From positions 1-53,742 of the forward strand of contig CAIZPS010000270.1 in the NCBI GenBank assembly GCA_903934925.1: 53,742 bases of DNA, given 5' to 3'. Below are positions 34,346-43,092 of this stretch, in pieces (position 1 is the first letter of the stretch; every line of letters starts with the position of its first letter). This DNA comes from an uncultured bacterium. Its GTDB lineage: Bacteria > Actinomycetota > Actinomycetes > S36-B12. The notes under the pieces were generated by a model that was not told the origin of the DNA, made no database searches, and saw only the letters and a list, made by a program, of their open reading frames with translations. Both the position numbers and the translations under genes were made by a program.

Positions 34346-34549
34346 ATGGCTCAAGGAACCGTGAAGTGGTTCAACGCTGAGAAGGGCTACGGCTTCATCG
34401 CCCAGGCCGACGGTGGTCCGGACGTCTTCGTCCACTACTCGGCCATCCAGTCCGACGGCTACCGTTCCCTCGAGGAGAACCAGGTCGTGGAGTTCGACAT
34501 CGTCCAGGGCCCCAAGGGTCCTCAGGCCGACAAGGTTCGTACCGCCTAG
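34346..34549 (+). CDS. cspA: cold-shock protein (CspA family)
   Basis: 67 aa starting [18 protein letters not shown], with [15 protein letters not shown] lies upstream of the ATG. Confidence 0.95.
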   Translation: MAQGTVKWFNAEKGYGFIAQADGGPDVFVHYSAIQSDGYRSLEENQVVEFDIVQGPKGPQADKVRTA

Positions 34550-34579
34550 ACCTCGCATCCCGGACATCCGGGTGCACCC

Positions 34580-34609
34580 GAGGGGCCCCGCCATTCGGCG
34601 GGGCCCCTC
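34580..34609 (+). terminator. cspA terminator hairpin
   Basis: Perfect 13-bp GC-rich stem gaggggccccgcc / ggcggggcccctc with a 4-nt loop, 30 nt after the stop. It lacks a U tract. Confidence 0.6.
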
Positions 34610-34661
34610 GTCATGTCCCTCTCCGACGACGGGGCCCGACGGCACCGGGCACAATGGGGAC

Positions 34662-34955
34662 ATGGCCGAAGACGACATCGAACGACTCCTGCGCGAAGTC
34701 AGCTCCACTACCTCGGGCCCCGCTAAGCCGGCGACCCCAGCCGAGCGCACCCGCGGAGACGTCGAGCAGTCAGGACGTTCCGCGGGAGGGCGCTTCGCGT
34801 TCGCGGCCGTGGCCGGTGGCGTGACCGGCGTCGGCGCCTTCCTCTTCGCCGTCTTCACTCCCTGGACGGACGCCCTCGACATGGGCTTCGCCGCTGCTGC
34901 CGCCGCCTTCGTCACCGGCTTGGTCTCGGGGCCCCCGCGCTGGTTCTCCTCCTGA
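34662..34955 (+). CDS. small hypothetical membrane protein
   Basis: 97 aa (MAEDDIERLLREV...) with two hydrophobic segments near the C-terminus and strong GC3 bias. It overlaps the 3' tail of the convergent YihY gene. Confidence 0.5.
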   Translation: MAEDDIERLLREVSSTTSGPAKPATPAERTRGDVEQSGRSAGGRFAFAAVAGGVTGVGAFLFAVFTPWTDALDMGFAAAAAAFVTGLVSGPPRWFSS

Positions 34956-35822
34956 CGCAGCACGTTCACCGCCCGGCGTCGCCGAGCGCAATCGCTGCGC
35001 GTACGCCTCGATTGCCGCACCCCACAGCAGCGCGACGAAGCACAGGTACAGCCAGAGCAGAATCACGATCGCGGTGCCGAACACAAGGATCGCCGCGCCC
35101 ATAGTGCTGGACAGGTGCGTGTAGAGACCCACGCCCACCGTCGCACCCGCGATGCCCAGAGTCGCAGTCCAGGCACCAAGCGAGCGCCACGGCACCCGCT
35201 CAGTGCGATTCGGGCCATAGCGCAGCAGCCAGCGCACGGCCAGGAATATCAGTGCGATCACGATGACCCAGTCGAGGATCGGCAGACCTGTCGTGACAGG
35301 CAGACGCGGCAGTTGCAGCCACGCCAGGACTCTCGGCACCAGGGTCAGCAGGACGACGAGAGCCACTCCACCGACCATCACCACCAGAGTGACCACGGCT
35401 GCAATGCCGCGCTCGATGAAGCCGCTGCGCGACTCCTGGACGCGAAATGCGGAATTCATCGCCATGCGGAGCCCCAGCACGACCTTGGATGATGCGTACA
35501 CCGCGATCACGAGGCCGATGACGGTCGCGATGGTGAACGAACTGCTGGAGGCGGACTCGATGGTGCTCAGCAGCCCCTCACTCACTGGCTTGATGGCGTC
35601 GAACGCCTCAGGAGCGCGGACGGCAAGTCGCTCAAGTGCAGCACGCACATCCGCGGGATCCAGCAGAAGACCGGCGAGCGTGCCGAACGCCAGTGCTGCG
35701 GGTGCGAGCGACAGGGCGACGAAGTAAGCAAGCCCGCCAGCAGCGAGCGAGGATCGCGTCCTGCGGTACTCGTCTGCAATGGCCCGTCCGTGGCCCACCA
35801 CCCTGCGTACGTACTCCTTCAC
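34770..35822 (-). CDS. YihY/BrkB (virulence factor BrkB / RNase BN-like) family membrane protein
   Basis: Has LAAGGLAYFVALSLAPAALAF and multiple TM segments, ending LLWLYLCFVALLWGAAIEA. The last ~65 aa are G/E/A/D-rich and antisense to the + strand ORF. Confidence 0.8.
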   Translation of the reverse strand: MKEYVRRVVGHGRAIADEYRRTRSSLAAGGLAYFVALSLAPAALAFGTLAGLLLDPADVRAALERLAVRAPEAFDAIKPVSEGLLSTIESASSSSFTIATVIGLVIAVYASSKVVLGLRMAMNSAFRVQESRSGFIERGIAAVVTLVVMVGGVALVVLLTLVPRVLAWLQLPRLPVTTGLPILDWVIVIALIFLAVRWLLRYGPNRTERVPWRSLGAWTATLGIAGATVGVGLYTHLSSTMGAAILVFGTAIVILLWLYLCFVALLWGAAIEAYAQRLRSATPGGERAASGGEPARGPRDQAGDEGGGSSGEAHVEGVRPGSEDGEEEGADAGHATGHGREREAPSRGTS

Positions 35823-35889
35823 AGCCCCATCCTGTCGGACTCCTGCCCACCGAGATCGCCAGGTGCGCTGATAGCCTGACCCATCCCGA

Positions 35890-35965
35890 GCCCCCGTAGC
35901 TCAGGGGATAGAGCGCCGGTTTCCGGTACCGAAGGTCGCAGGTTCGAATCCTGCCGGGGGCGCCA
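35890..35965 (+). tRNA. tRNA-Arg (anticodon CCG)
   Basis: A hand-folded 76-nt cloverleaf. The acceptor stem is GCCCCCG/CGGGGGC and the D arm is GCTC-AGGGGATA-GAGC. The anticodon arm is CCGGT-TTCCGGT-ACCGA (U33, CCG, G37; one C-A mismatch at 27-43). The T arm is GCAGG-TTCGAAT-CCTGC, and the 3' CCA is encoded. Confidence 0.9.
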
Positions 35966-35966
35966 C

Positions 35967-36659
35967 ATGGATGACAGACACGACACCGACGCCGGCCTTC
36001 GCGGAGGGCCGCACTTCGCCATCACCGGAGCAGGCGTCTACCCCTACGTGGTGGCGGTGTTCGTTGCCCTTCTGCTCCTGTCGAACATCGGTGCGACAAA
36101 GTTCATCGCTGTTGGCCCCCTGACCTTCGACGGCGGCGCGATCCTGTTCCCGCTCACCTACATCGTGGGTGACGTGCTGAGCGAGGTCTACGGATTTCGT
36201 GCGGCACGCCGCGCCATCGTGCTGGCGTTCGCGATGTCCATACTCGCCGCGCTCACGCTCTGGATCATTCAGCTCGCACCCGCGGCGGACTTCTGGGAGA
36301 ACCAGGCCGCCTTCGAGGCCGTGCTCGGCTTCGTGCCGGCGATCGTGCTCGCCAGCATTCTGGGATTCCTCAGCGGTCAGCTCGTCAATGCATACGTCCT
36401 GGTCAGAGTGAAGGAGCGAACCCGTGAGAGGCGACTATGGCTACGCCTCATGTCGTCCACCGTGGCTGGCGAGTTCGTCGACACCTTGGTCTTCTGCACC
36501 ATCTACGGCATCGCGTTTGGTCTTGCCTTCGGCGACTTCCTGAACTACCTCATCGTGGGGTTCATCTACAAAGTCGGCGTCGAAGCCCTGCTGCTTCCTG
36601 TCACCTACCGCGTCATCGCCGCAGTGAAGCGCCGGGAGCCGACCTACGCCATCGCCTGA
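35967..36659 (+). CDS. yhhQ: queuosine precursor transporter (YhhQ/DUF165 family)
   Basis: Has LLLSNIGATKFI, FDGGAILFPLTYIVGDVLSEVYG, SGQLVNAYVL and STVAGEFVDTLVF. It is adjacent to tgt. Confidence 0.85.
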   Translation: MDDRHDTDAGLRGGPHFAITGAGVYPYVVAVFVALLLLSNIGATKFIAVGPLTFDGGAILFPLTYIVGDVLSEVYGFRAARRAIVLAFAMSILAALTLWIIQLAPAADFWENQAAFEAVLGFVPAIVLASILGFLSGQLVNAYVLVRVKERTRERRLWLRLMSSTVAGEFVDTLVFCTIYGIAFGLAFGDFLNYLIVGFIYKVGVEALLLPVTYRVIAAVKRREPTYAIA

Positions 36660-37861
36660 CCGCTGCTGTCACGACCGAGAACCTCCTGTCGGAGATCGTC
36701 GAATGAGCCGGCCAGGATGCTCTCCCGAACTCGATCGATCAGGCGGATGATGTGGCGTTCGTTGTGGATCGTCGCGAGCGTGGCCGCCAGCATCTCCTTG
36801 GACTTGAACAGATGGTGCAGGTAGGCGCGCGTGTAGTGCTGGCAGGTGTAGCAGTCGCATGACTCATCGATCGGCGAGAAATCCCGCCGATAGGAGCCAT
36901 TCGTGAGATGGAACCGCTTGACCGTGTGGTAGACCGTGCCATTGCGCGCATTGCGCGACGGTGCGACACAGTCGAACGTGTCTGCACCGCTCTCGACGGC
37001 AGCGAAGACGTCATCAGGCTCGCCGATCCCCAGAAGGTGGCGGGGCTTGTCGTCTGGCAGCTCCTCGCACACCCATCGCACGATGGTGCCGAGATGATCC
37101 TTCTCGAGCGCCCCCCCGATGCCGAAGCCATCGACCTCCAGGCCCGCGAGGTCGCGCGCCGAGCGTCGCCTGAGGTCTTCGTACTGAGCCCCCTGAACAA
37201 CAGCGAAGAGAGCCTGATACGGATGAGTCGTGCGCTCGTCGGTGAGTCGGCGATGCTCTACGACGCACCTCTCAGCCCATGCCTGGGTTCGTGCAACCGA
37301 AAGCTCCTGGTACTCGCGGGTGTTCAGGAGGGTCGTGCACTCGTCGAAAGCAAAGATGATGTCCGCGCCGATGCTGTGCTGCACCTGCATGGACACCTCG
37401 GGCGTGAACCGATGCATGCTTCCGTCGATGTGCGACTTGAAGGTGACACCGTCGTCGTCGACGTGTGCCAGCCGGTCCTTGCCGGGGGCGATGACGTCGT
37501 CGGACCTCCGGGTGCCGACGTCCATCGCCAGGATCTTCTTGAAGCCCACCCCGAGCGAGAGCACCTGAAAGCCACCGCTGTCGGTGATGGTCGGTCCGGG
37601 CCAGCCCATGAAGGCTCCCAGCCCACCGGCTTCGTCGACGATGTCCGATCCGGGCTGCAGGTACAGGTGATAGGCGTTGGCCAGGATGACCTGGGCGCCG
37701 AGGTCACGCATCGCCTCAGGCAGCACTGCCTTGACCGTCGCCTTGGTCCCCACCGGGGTGAAGGCAGGCGTGCGGATCTGTCCGTGCGGGGTGGTGATCA
37801 CGCCCGCGCGTCCGAGCCTGCCGTCGAGCCGGTGCTCGACGGCGAACGCGAACTCCGTCAT
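36644..37861 (-). CDS. tgt: tRNA-guanine transglycosylase (queuine tRNA-ribosyltransferase)
   Basis: Has TPAFTPVGTKATVK, DSGGFQV, LLGIGEPDD, and the zinc site CDCYTC...H with HNERHII. Confidence 0.93.
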   Translation of the reverse strand: MTEFAFAVEHRLDGRLGRAGVITTPHGQIRTPAFTPVGTKATVKAVLPEAMRDLGAQVILANAYHLYLQPGSDIVDEAGGLGAFMGWPGPTITDSGGFQVLSLGVGFKKILAMDVGTRRSDDVIAPGKDRLAHVDDDGVTFKSHIDGSMHRFTPEVSMQVQHSIGADIIFAFDECTTLLNTREYQELSVARTQAWAERCVVEHRRLTDERTTHPYQALFAVVQGAQYEDLRRRSARDLAGLEVDGFGIGGALEKDHLGTIVRWVCEELPDDKPRHLLGIGEPDDVFAAVESGADTFDCVAPSRNARNGTVYHTVKRFHLTNGSYRRDFSPIDESCDCYTCQHYTRAYLHHLFKSKEMLAATLATIHNERHIIRLIDRVRESILAGSFDDLRQEVLGRDSSGQAMA

Positions 37862-38373
37862 CAGCCCTCCGGCGCCAGCACGTCCATCGACGGGAACTGG
37901 CCACGTGCGGGTGCGATCCAGGCATCGACTGCTTCGGCTGCCTCAGCATTGGCCCCCGCGCATTCATCGAGCATGAGATCGGCCAGCACCTGATCCCCCT
38001 CGATCACCGCCAGGGAGGTGGCCGTTCCGCCGGTGCACCCCTGCTCCGTCTGCGCCACCGTCAGCGATGAAACCTGATCGATGGTCGAGCCGAGTGTGTT
38101 CCAGACCTCTGGATCAGTCGGCACCTTCTCGTCGGCGAGGACGTCTCCGTAGCTGTCGACCACGATGCGTGACTCCTTCGCGGTGACCGTGAGCTCGAAA
38201 CTGCGGTGGTACGGAGGTGGGACCGAAGAGTCGAGGAACTGGTAGGTGATGAGGGCATCCGAGGAGAGCCCTCCCGTGGGCTCAGCTGACTCCTGCGGGG
38301 TCGCGGGATCCGATCCGCACCCGGCGAGCAGCAGCGCTCCCACCACCAGGGCCGAGGAGAGTCGTGCGTTCAC
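37861..38373 (-). CDS. lipoprotein, function unknown
   Basis: Signal peptide with lipobox (ALVVGALLLAGCGSD). The stop overlaps the tgt start by 1 nt. GTG start. Confidence 0.65.
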   Translation of the reverse strand: MNARLSSALVVGALLLAGCGSDPATPQESAEPTGGLSSDALITYQFLDSSVPPPYHRSFELTVTAKESRIVVDSYGDVLADEKVPTDPEVWNTLGSTIDQVSSLTVAQTEQGCTGGTATSLAVIEGDQVLADLMLDECAGANAEAAEAVDAWIAPARGQFPSMDVLAPEG

Positions 38374-38424
38374 CCCCCGAGCCTACGGGGCTCCTCGGCG
38401 GTCCAAGGTCCGCATCGCCCAGCG

Positions 38425-39348
38425 TTGCACCACAATGCTGCCGTGACCGCGAGCCCCGAGACTCCCCGAAGCATCTCTCCCGAGATCTCTCCCGAGGTGG
38501 GATCGACGATCGACGCGGGCGGGATCGTGACGAATGTGCATGTCGCCGGCAGCGGCCCCGACGTCCTGCTGATTCACGGATCAGGTCCAGGCGTCAGCGC
38601 CTGGGCGAACTGGCGGATGACCATTCCGGCTCTGGCCGAGCACTTTCGCGTCATCGCTCCCGACATCGTCGGATTCGGCTACACCGAACGTCCTTCGGGT
38701 ATTCGATACGACCTGCCCACCTGGACGACCCATGCCGTGGCCGTTCTGGATGCACTCGGCGTCGAGCGATGCCACGTCATCGGGAACTCCTTCGGGGGAT
38801 CCCTCGCCCTGTCCCTGGCCATCAATCACTCGGAGCGGGTCTCGGGTCTGGTCCTGATGGGAGCCGCCGGCGTGCCCTTCACCATCACCCCCGGCCTCGA
38901 GGCCGTCTGGGGCTACGAGCCGTCGGTGGAGGCGATGGCCGACCTGCTCCGGATCTTCGCCTACGACCAGTCGCTGGTGGGTCCGGATCTCGCCGAACTC
39001 CGCTTTCGAGCCAGCATGCGACCCGGAGTGCAGGAATCCTTCGCAGCGATGTTCCCGGCTCCCCGACAGCAGGCTCTTGACTCCATCACCCACCCGCTCG
39101 ACGCCATTGCCGGCATCCGCAACCCCACTCTCGTCGTCCACGGTCGCGACGACCAGGTGATCCCCGTGGCCAATGCCGTCACCCTGATGGAGCTGATCGA
39201 CGACGCGCAGCTGCACATCTTCGGCAGATGCGGGCACTGGACGCAGATCGAGCATGCCGGAGCCTTCAACACCATGGTCACCGGCTTCCTGCGGACCATC
39301 GACACAACTTTGTCAGCGGAATTCCCCAAAAACCCTGCGGTCGGCTGA
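38425..39348 (+). CDS. alpha/beta hydrolase (C-C bond / meta-cleavage-product hydrolase-like)
   Basis: Has LLIHGSGPGVSAWANW, IAPDIVGFGYTERP, GNSFGG and GRCGHWTQIEH. The start is ambiguous (TTG 38425 or GTG 38443). Confidence 0.8.
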   Translation: MHHNAAVTASPETPRSISPEISPEVGSTIDAGGIVTNVHVAGSGPDVLLIHGSGPGVSAWANWRMTIPALAEHFRVIAPDIVGFGYTERPSGIRYDLPTWTTHAVAVLDALGVERCHVIGNSFGGSLALSLAINHSERVSGLVLMGAAGVPFTITPGLEAVWGYEPSVEAMADLLRIFAYDQSLVGPDLAELRFRASMRPGVQESFAAMFPAPRQQALDSITHPLDAIAGIRNPTLVVHGRDDQVIPVANAVTLMELIDDAQLHIFGRCGHWTQIEHAGAFNTMVTGFLRTIDTTLSAEFPKNPAVG

Positions 39349-39472
39349 CCCGCTGCAGTAGAACTCTCCCACCGCACCTACCAGTGCGGGGCGTAGAGCG
39401 CGTTCGGCCGGTGGACATCTCACGGTGGCCATCGAACCCGAGTGCTGGCGGGTCGACCGCGGATCTCGCCCG

Positions 39473-39507
39473 AGGAGCCCCTCGATCTCATACATCGAGG
39501 GGCTCCT
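39473..39507. terminator. strong hairpin in the convergent gap between the hydrolase and oleD
   Basis: Perfect 14-bp stem aggagcccctcgat / atcgaggggctcct with a 7-nt loop. There is no U tract on either strand. Confidence 0.45.
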
Positions 39508-39580
39508 TGACGTATGTGGGCAGGACCAGACCTACGAGATCGCCACCCATGGCCCCTCAGCGGACCCTGGATGGGAGTGG

Positions 39581-40555
39581 TCAACCGGCTGACGCGTACC
39601 AGGCGCGGAGCCGAGTGAAGCCCTCCTCCAGCGAGACCGACGGATGCCAGCGCAGAGCGTCCATCGTCTGGCGCTGGTCGAACCAGTGGGCCGTCGAGAG
39701 CTGCTCTGCGATGAAGGCCGTGAGCGCCGGCTCATCCGTCCGCCCAGCGACCCGCCACCCCGCCTCGATCACGTGCCCGGCGGCGATCGCCGCCCCCGAG
39801 GGCACCGACCTGAACGGGCCGGGCGCACCCGCAGCATCAGCCATCCGGCCGAGCAGCTCGGCTACTGTCCTGGGCTCGCCGTTGGACACAACGAAGGCCC
39901 GCCCGTGGACGTCAGGCTCGCAGCAGACCTCAAGAGCCTGGGCGATGGCTTCAGCGGCGTTGTCGACGTACGTGGTGTCGATGAGAGCCGCACCGTCGTC
40001 AAGGAGGAAGAGTCGTCCGGCTCGCGCCCGCGCCACGATTCGATCGACCAGCTGGGTGTCCCCCGGACCCCACACCAGATGGGGCCGGATGGCCACCACC
40101 GACATGCGGGCATCGTCGGCCGCCAGCGCAATCAGCTCGGCAGCCGCCTTGGACCGCGCGTAGGCGCCGCGCGCGGAGGAAGGATCTGCGGGCTCAGCCC
40201 CAGCGCCGATGATGGGTGCTCCGGCGTGTGCCACCGATGGAGAGGAGATGTGGACAAAGCGTGCGACGCCTGACCGCTGAGCGGCCTCGATCACCGTGGC
40301 CGTGCCCTGCACGTTGATCGACTCGAACTCGCGGCGATCACCGTGCATCGAGACCTTGGCTGCGAGGTGCACGACGGCCTCGGCACCGTCCATCGCCGCC
40401 TGGACGGACTTCGAGTCGCGAATATCGCCGAGCACCTCACGCGCACCGGACTGCGAGGCGTGGCGCTGGAAGGCGAGGACATCATGCCGACGGCCGAGCT
40501 CCGAGACGACCGCGGAGCCGAGCAGACCACGCCCTCCAGTGACCAGGACTCTCAT
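39581..40555 (-). CDS. oleD: NAD(P)H-dependent reductase of 3beta-HSD/epimerase family, OleD-like
   Basis: Has MRVLVTGGRGLLGS, YARSK and a 3beta-HSD-like layout. An ATGA overlap links it to the upstream oleBC-like gene. Confidence 0.75.
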   Translation of the reverse strand: MRVLVTGGRGLLGSAVVSELGRRHDVLAFQRHASQSGAREVLGDIRDSKSVQAAMDGAEAVVHLAAKVSMHGDRREFESINVQGTATVIEAAQRSGVARFVHISSPSVAHAGAPIIGAGAEPADPSSARGAYARSKAAAELIALAADDARMSVVAIRPHLVWGPGDTQLVDRIVARARAGRLFLLDDGAALIDTTYVDNAAEAIAQALEVCCEPDVHGRAFVVSNGEPRTVAELLGRMADAAGAPGPFRSVPSGAAIAAGHVIEAGWRVAGRTDEPALTAFIAEQLSTAHWFDQRQTMDALRWHPSVSLEEGFTRLRAWYASAG

Positions 40556-43092
40556 CGACGCCCCGCCAGTCGTTCCGCTGCCCATGCAGCGACAGCTGTG
40601 CGATCGATCTTGGAGTTGTGCCGGATGTCCACCGGGAGGGACGCGCGCAGCAGGACCGCTGCGACGTCGGTGCCAGCAGCCCGACGCACGTCGTCGATCA
40701 GGGGCAGATCTGCCGGCCCGGTGCGGTGATCGCTCGTGACGCAGACGACCACGAGCTGCTGGATACCTACCGGCCCCACACCGACGCAGGCCGCCTGCTC
40801 GACACCCGGCATCCGCTGCACGGCCTGCTCGATCGGGACCGGAGCGACCGGTCCGGTGGACGATGTGATGACGTGAGCCAGTCGCCCGGCGATCCAGAGA
40901 CGTCCGTCCACGTCGAGCACACCGACATCACCGGTGCGGTGCCAACCATGATCCCGGGAGGCAGCACGCTCCGTCGACCAGAGCCGGTCGTAACGCACCT
41001 TGCGATGCGATGCGCGTACGAGCACCTCACCGAGCACACCGGGTGATGCGTCGAGGGGGCCACTGGCATATCCGTCGCTGTCGACAGCACTGATCCGCAG
41101 CTCTACCCCGGGCAGCGGAGAGCCGACGAGCACTCCGGGCCCGGGACCGGCAGCGTCGATGTCGCCGATCGTCACGTCGCAGACCGGCAGGACCTCGGTC
41201 ATGCCGTAGGGCGTGCGCACCTCCGCTGCTGGGATGAGTCGCTGGACTCCGTGGAGGATGGCGGCATCCACCGGCGCTCCGGCACCCATGACCAGACGCA
41301 GGGTCTGCAGGTCTGCGAGCTGCCGGTCCGTGAGTTCCTCGGCGGTGCGCAGGATGTTCGAGAGAGCGGCGGGCGAGGCCCACATCACCGTGCCACCCAC
41401 CTGGCAGGTGGCGTCCGCGACGGCCCGGGCCGTCAAGGTGCGCGGCGATGTCACGTCCATGTCTGGGATCACCGATGCGATTCCCAACGCAGGACCGAGG
41501 ACCGCCCAGGGGGCGAACGCCGCGACGAGCGAGTCGGCCGTGGTCAGCCGGTAATGACGAAGGAGCAGATCACGGGTGCCCTGCACCTGTCGATGCGCGT
41601 AGACCACTCCCTTCGCCGGGCCCGTGGAACCCGAGGTGAACGCCACCAGCGCCTCGTCGTCCAGCTCAGGGACGTCCGGGGGGTCCAGCTCAGCGCCCGT
41701 CCGGGCAATCGCCGCCAGGCGACTGGCGGCGACGATGTGACCGCGCACTCCGAGGCGTGCCGCGCGGACGAGTGCGACACCCCGAGGCACGGCGATAACG
41801 TGATCGGGCGCCGCACTGCGCAGGGCACGAGCCATGCCGCGCGCACCGAGTCCGGCGTCCGTGACGACAACGCTGGCACCGATGCGCCAGCACGCATAGA
41901 CGACAGCCACGAGATCGGCGCCCACCGGGATGAGCACGCTGACTCGGTCACCCCGACGCACGCCCATCCCCGCCAGCCCGGCAGCGAGGTTGCTGACCGT
42001 CCGCGCCATCTGGCTCCAGGTGATCGCTCGCCATGCGCCCCCGACAGGCTCAGACAGCGCCACCTCATCGGGGGACTCGACCGCGCGGCGATCCAGAGCC
42101 GCCCACAGGCGTTCAGTCGGCACGACGGGCAAGCCACCCGCCTCGCCGAGCGGATCCGCGGGATCGGCCTTCCTGACGTCGTCGATCCACATCCAGAGGT
42201 CGTGAACCAGCATCGGCGCATCCTCGATGACCAAGTGGCGGGCGCCTCCATAGCGGTGCACCTCGGCATGCGGCATGCGCTCCTCAAGGTCGTGCAGGTA
42301 GCGATCGGAGAAGACCGGATCACCCGGACCCCACAGCAAGAGGGCGGGAATCGCCAGACCCCTAATGCCCTCGGCGACACCTTGGAGAACGGCCGAGCTG
42401 ACGTGGTCGTCTTCGAGCGGGATGTCCGCTACGAAGTCGCCCACCGCTGCCCGCTGATCCGAGGTTCGATAGGGCGCCGCGTACGCGTCAGCAACAGCGC
42501 GTGACATACGACGCCCACTCAGGAGCGTCGTTCCACGCACGAAGGCGGGGGTCGCGACAGTCGCCGCTCGCCTCACCGCACCGGCCCGCGCAAGTCGGAT
42601 GACCGAAGGAGCGGATGACCCGGCGGGCTGATGGACAGCGGTGTTCAGCAGCGCCACTCCCACGACATCGGTCTGATGCGCCAGTACCCAGCCGAGGGAG
42701 ATAGGACCGCCCCAGTCGTGCGCGACGACGATGACCGGGCCAGCCACATCAAGGGCGTCCACCACTGCGGTGAGGTCGGAGATGCGCCGCGCGAGGGGGC
42801 GGACGGTGCCCGTCCGCTCCGAGTACCCCATGTCGAGGTGGTCGACGGCGATGACGCGCACGTCTGCAGGCGCAGACGCCAGAACTCGTCTCCACAGATA
42901 CGACCACGTGGGGTTGCCGTGGACGCACAGGACGGTCAGTCCGATTCCCTCGGCTGAGCGGTCCGCATGGGTGTCGAGGACGTGCCACGTGCGCGACACG
43001 CCGTCGTCATCCCGCGCGGACACCAGGCGCGACCAGCGAGGCTCCAGCCCCGGCATACCCGCGGGGGGAAGGCAGGCAGGTGAGGGGTTCAC
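40552..43092 (-). CDS. oleBC: fused alpha/beta hydrolase (OleB-like) and AMP-dependent synthetase (OleC-like beta-lactone synthetase)
   Basis: The N-terminal half has HGNPTWSYLWR and AHDWGG, which is haloalkane-dehalogenase-like. The C-terminal half has the AMP-binding motif TSGSTGPAKG and YGMTE. I placed the start at GTG 43092, overlapping the oleA TGA; it could be as late as ATG 43056. Confidence 0.8.
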   Translation of the reverse strand: MNPSPACLPPAGMPGLEPRWSRLVSARDDDGVSRTWHVLDTHADRSAEGIGLTVLCVHGNPTWSYLWRRVLASAPADVRVIAVDHLDMGYSERTGTVRPLARRISDLTAVVDALDVAGPVIVVAHDWGGPISLGWVLAHQTDVVGVALLNTAVHQPAGSSAPSVIRLARAGAVRRAATVATPAFVRGTTLLSGRRMSRAVADAYAAPYRTSDQRAAVGDFVADIPLEDDHVSSAVLQGVAEGIRGLAIPALLLWGPGDPVFSDRYLHDLEERMPHAEVHRYGGARHLVIEDAPMLVHDLWMWIDDVRKADPADPLGEAGGLPVVPTERLWAALDRRAVESPDEVALSEPVGGAWRAITWSQMARTVSNLAAGLAGMGVRRGDRVSVLIPVGADLVAVVYACWRIGASVVVTDAGLGARGMARALRSAAPDHVIAVPRGVALVRAARLGVRGHIVAASRLAAIARTGAELDPPDVPELDDEALVAFTSGSTGPAKGVVYAHRQVQGTRDLLLRHYRLTTADSLVAAFAPWAVLGPALGIASVIPDMDVTSPRTLTARAVADATCQVGGTVMWASPAALSNILRTAEELTDRQLADLQTLRLVMGAGAPVDAAILHGVQRLIPAAEVRTPYGMTEVLPVCDVTIGDIDAAGPGPGVLVGSPLPGVELRISAVDSDGYASGPLDASPGVLGEVLVRASHRKVRYDRLWSTERAASRDHGWHRTGDVGVLDVDGRLWIAGRLAHVITSSTGPVAPVPIEQAVQRMPGVEQAACVGVGPVGIQQLVVVCVTSDHRTGPADLPLIDDVRRAAGTDVAAVLLRASLPVDIRHNSKIDRTAVAAWAAERLAGRR

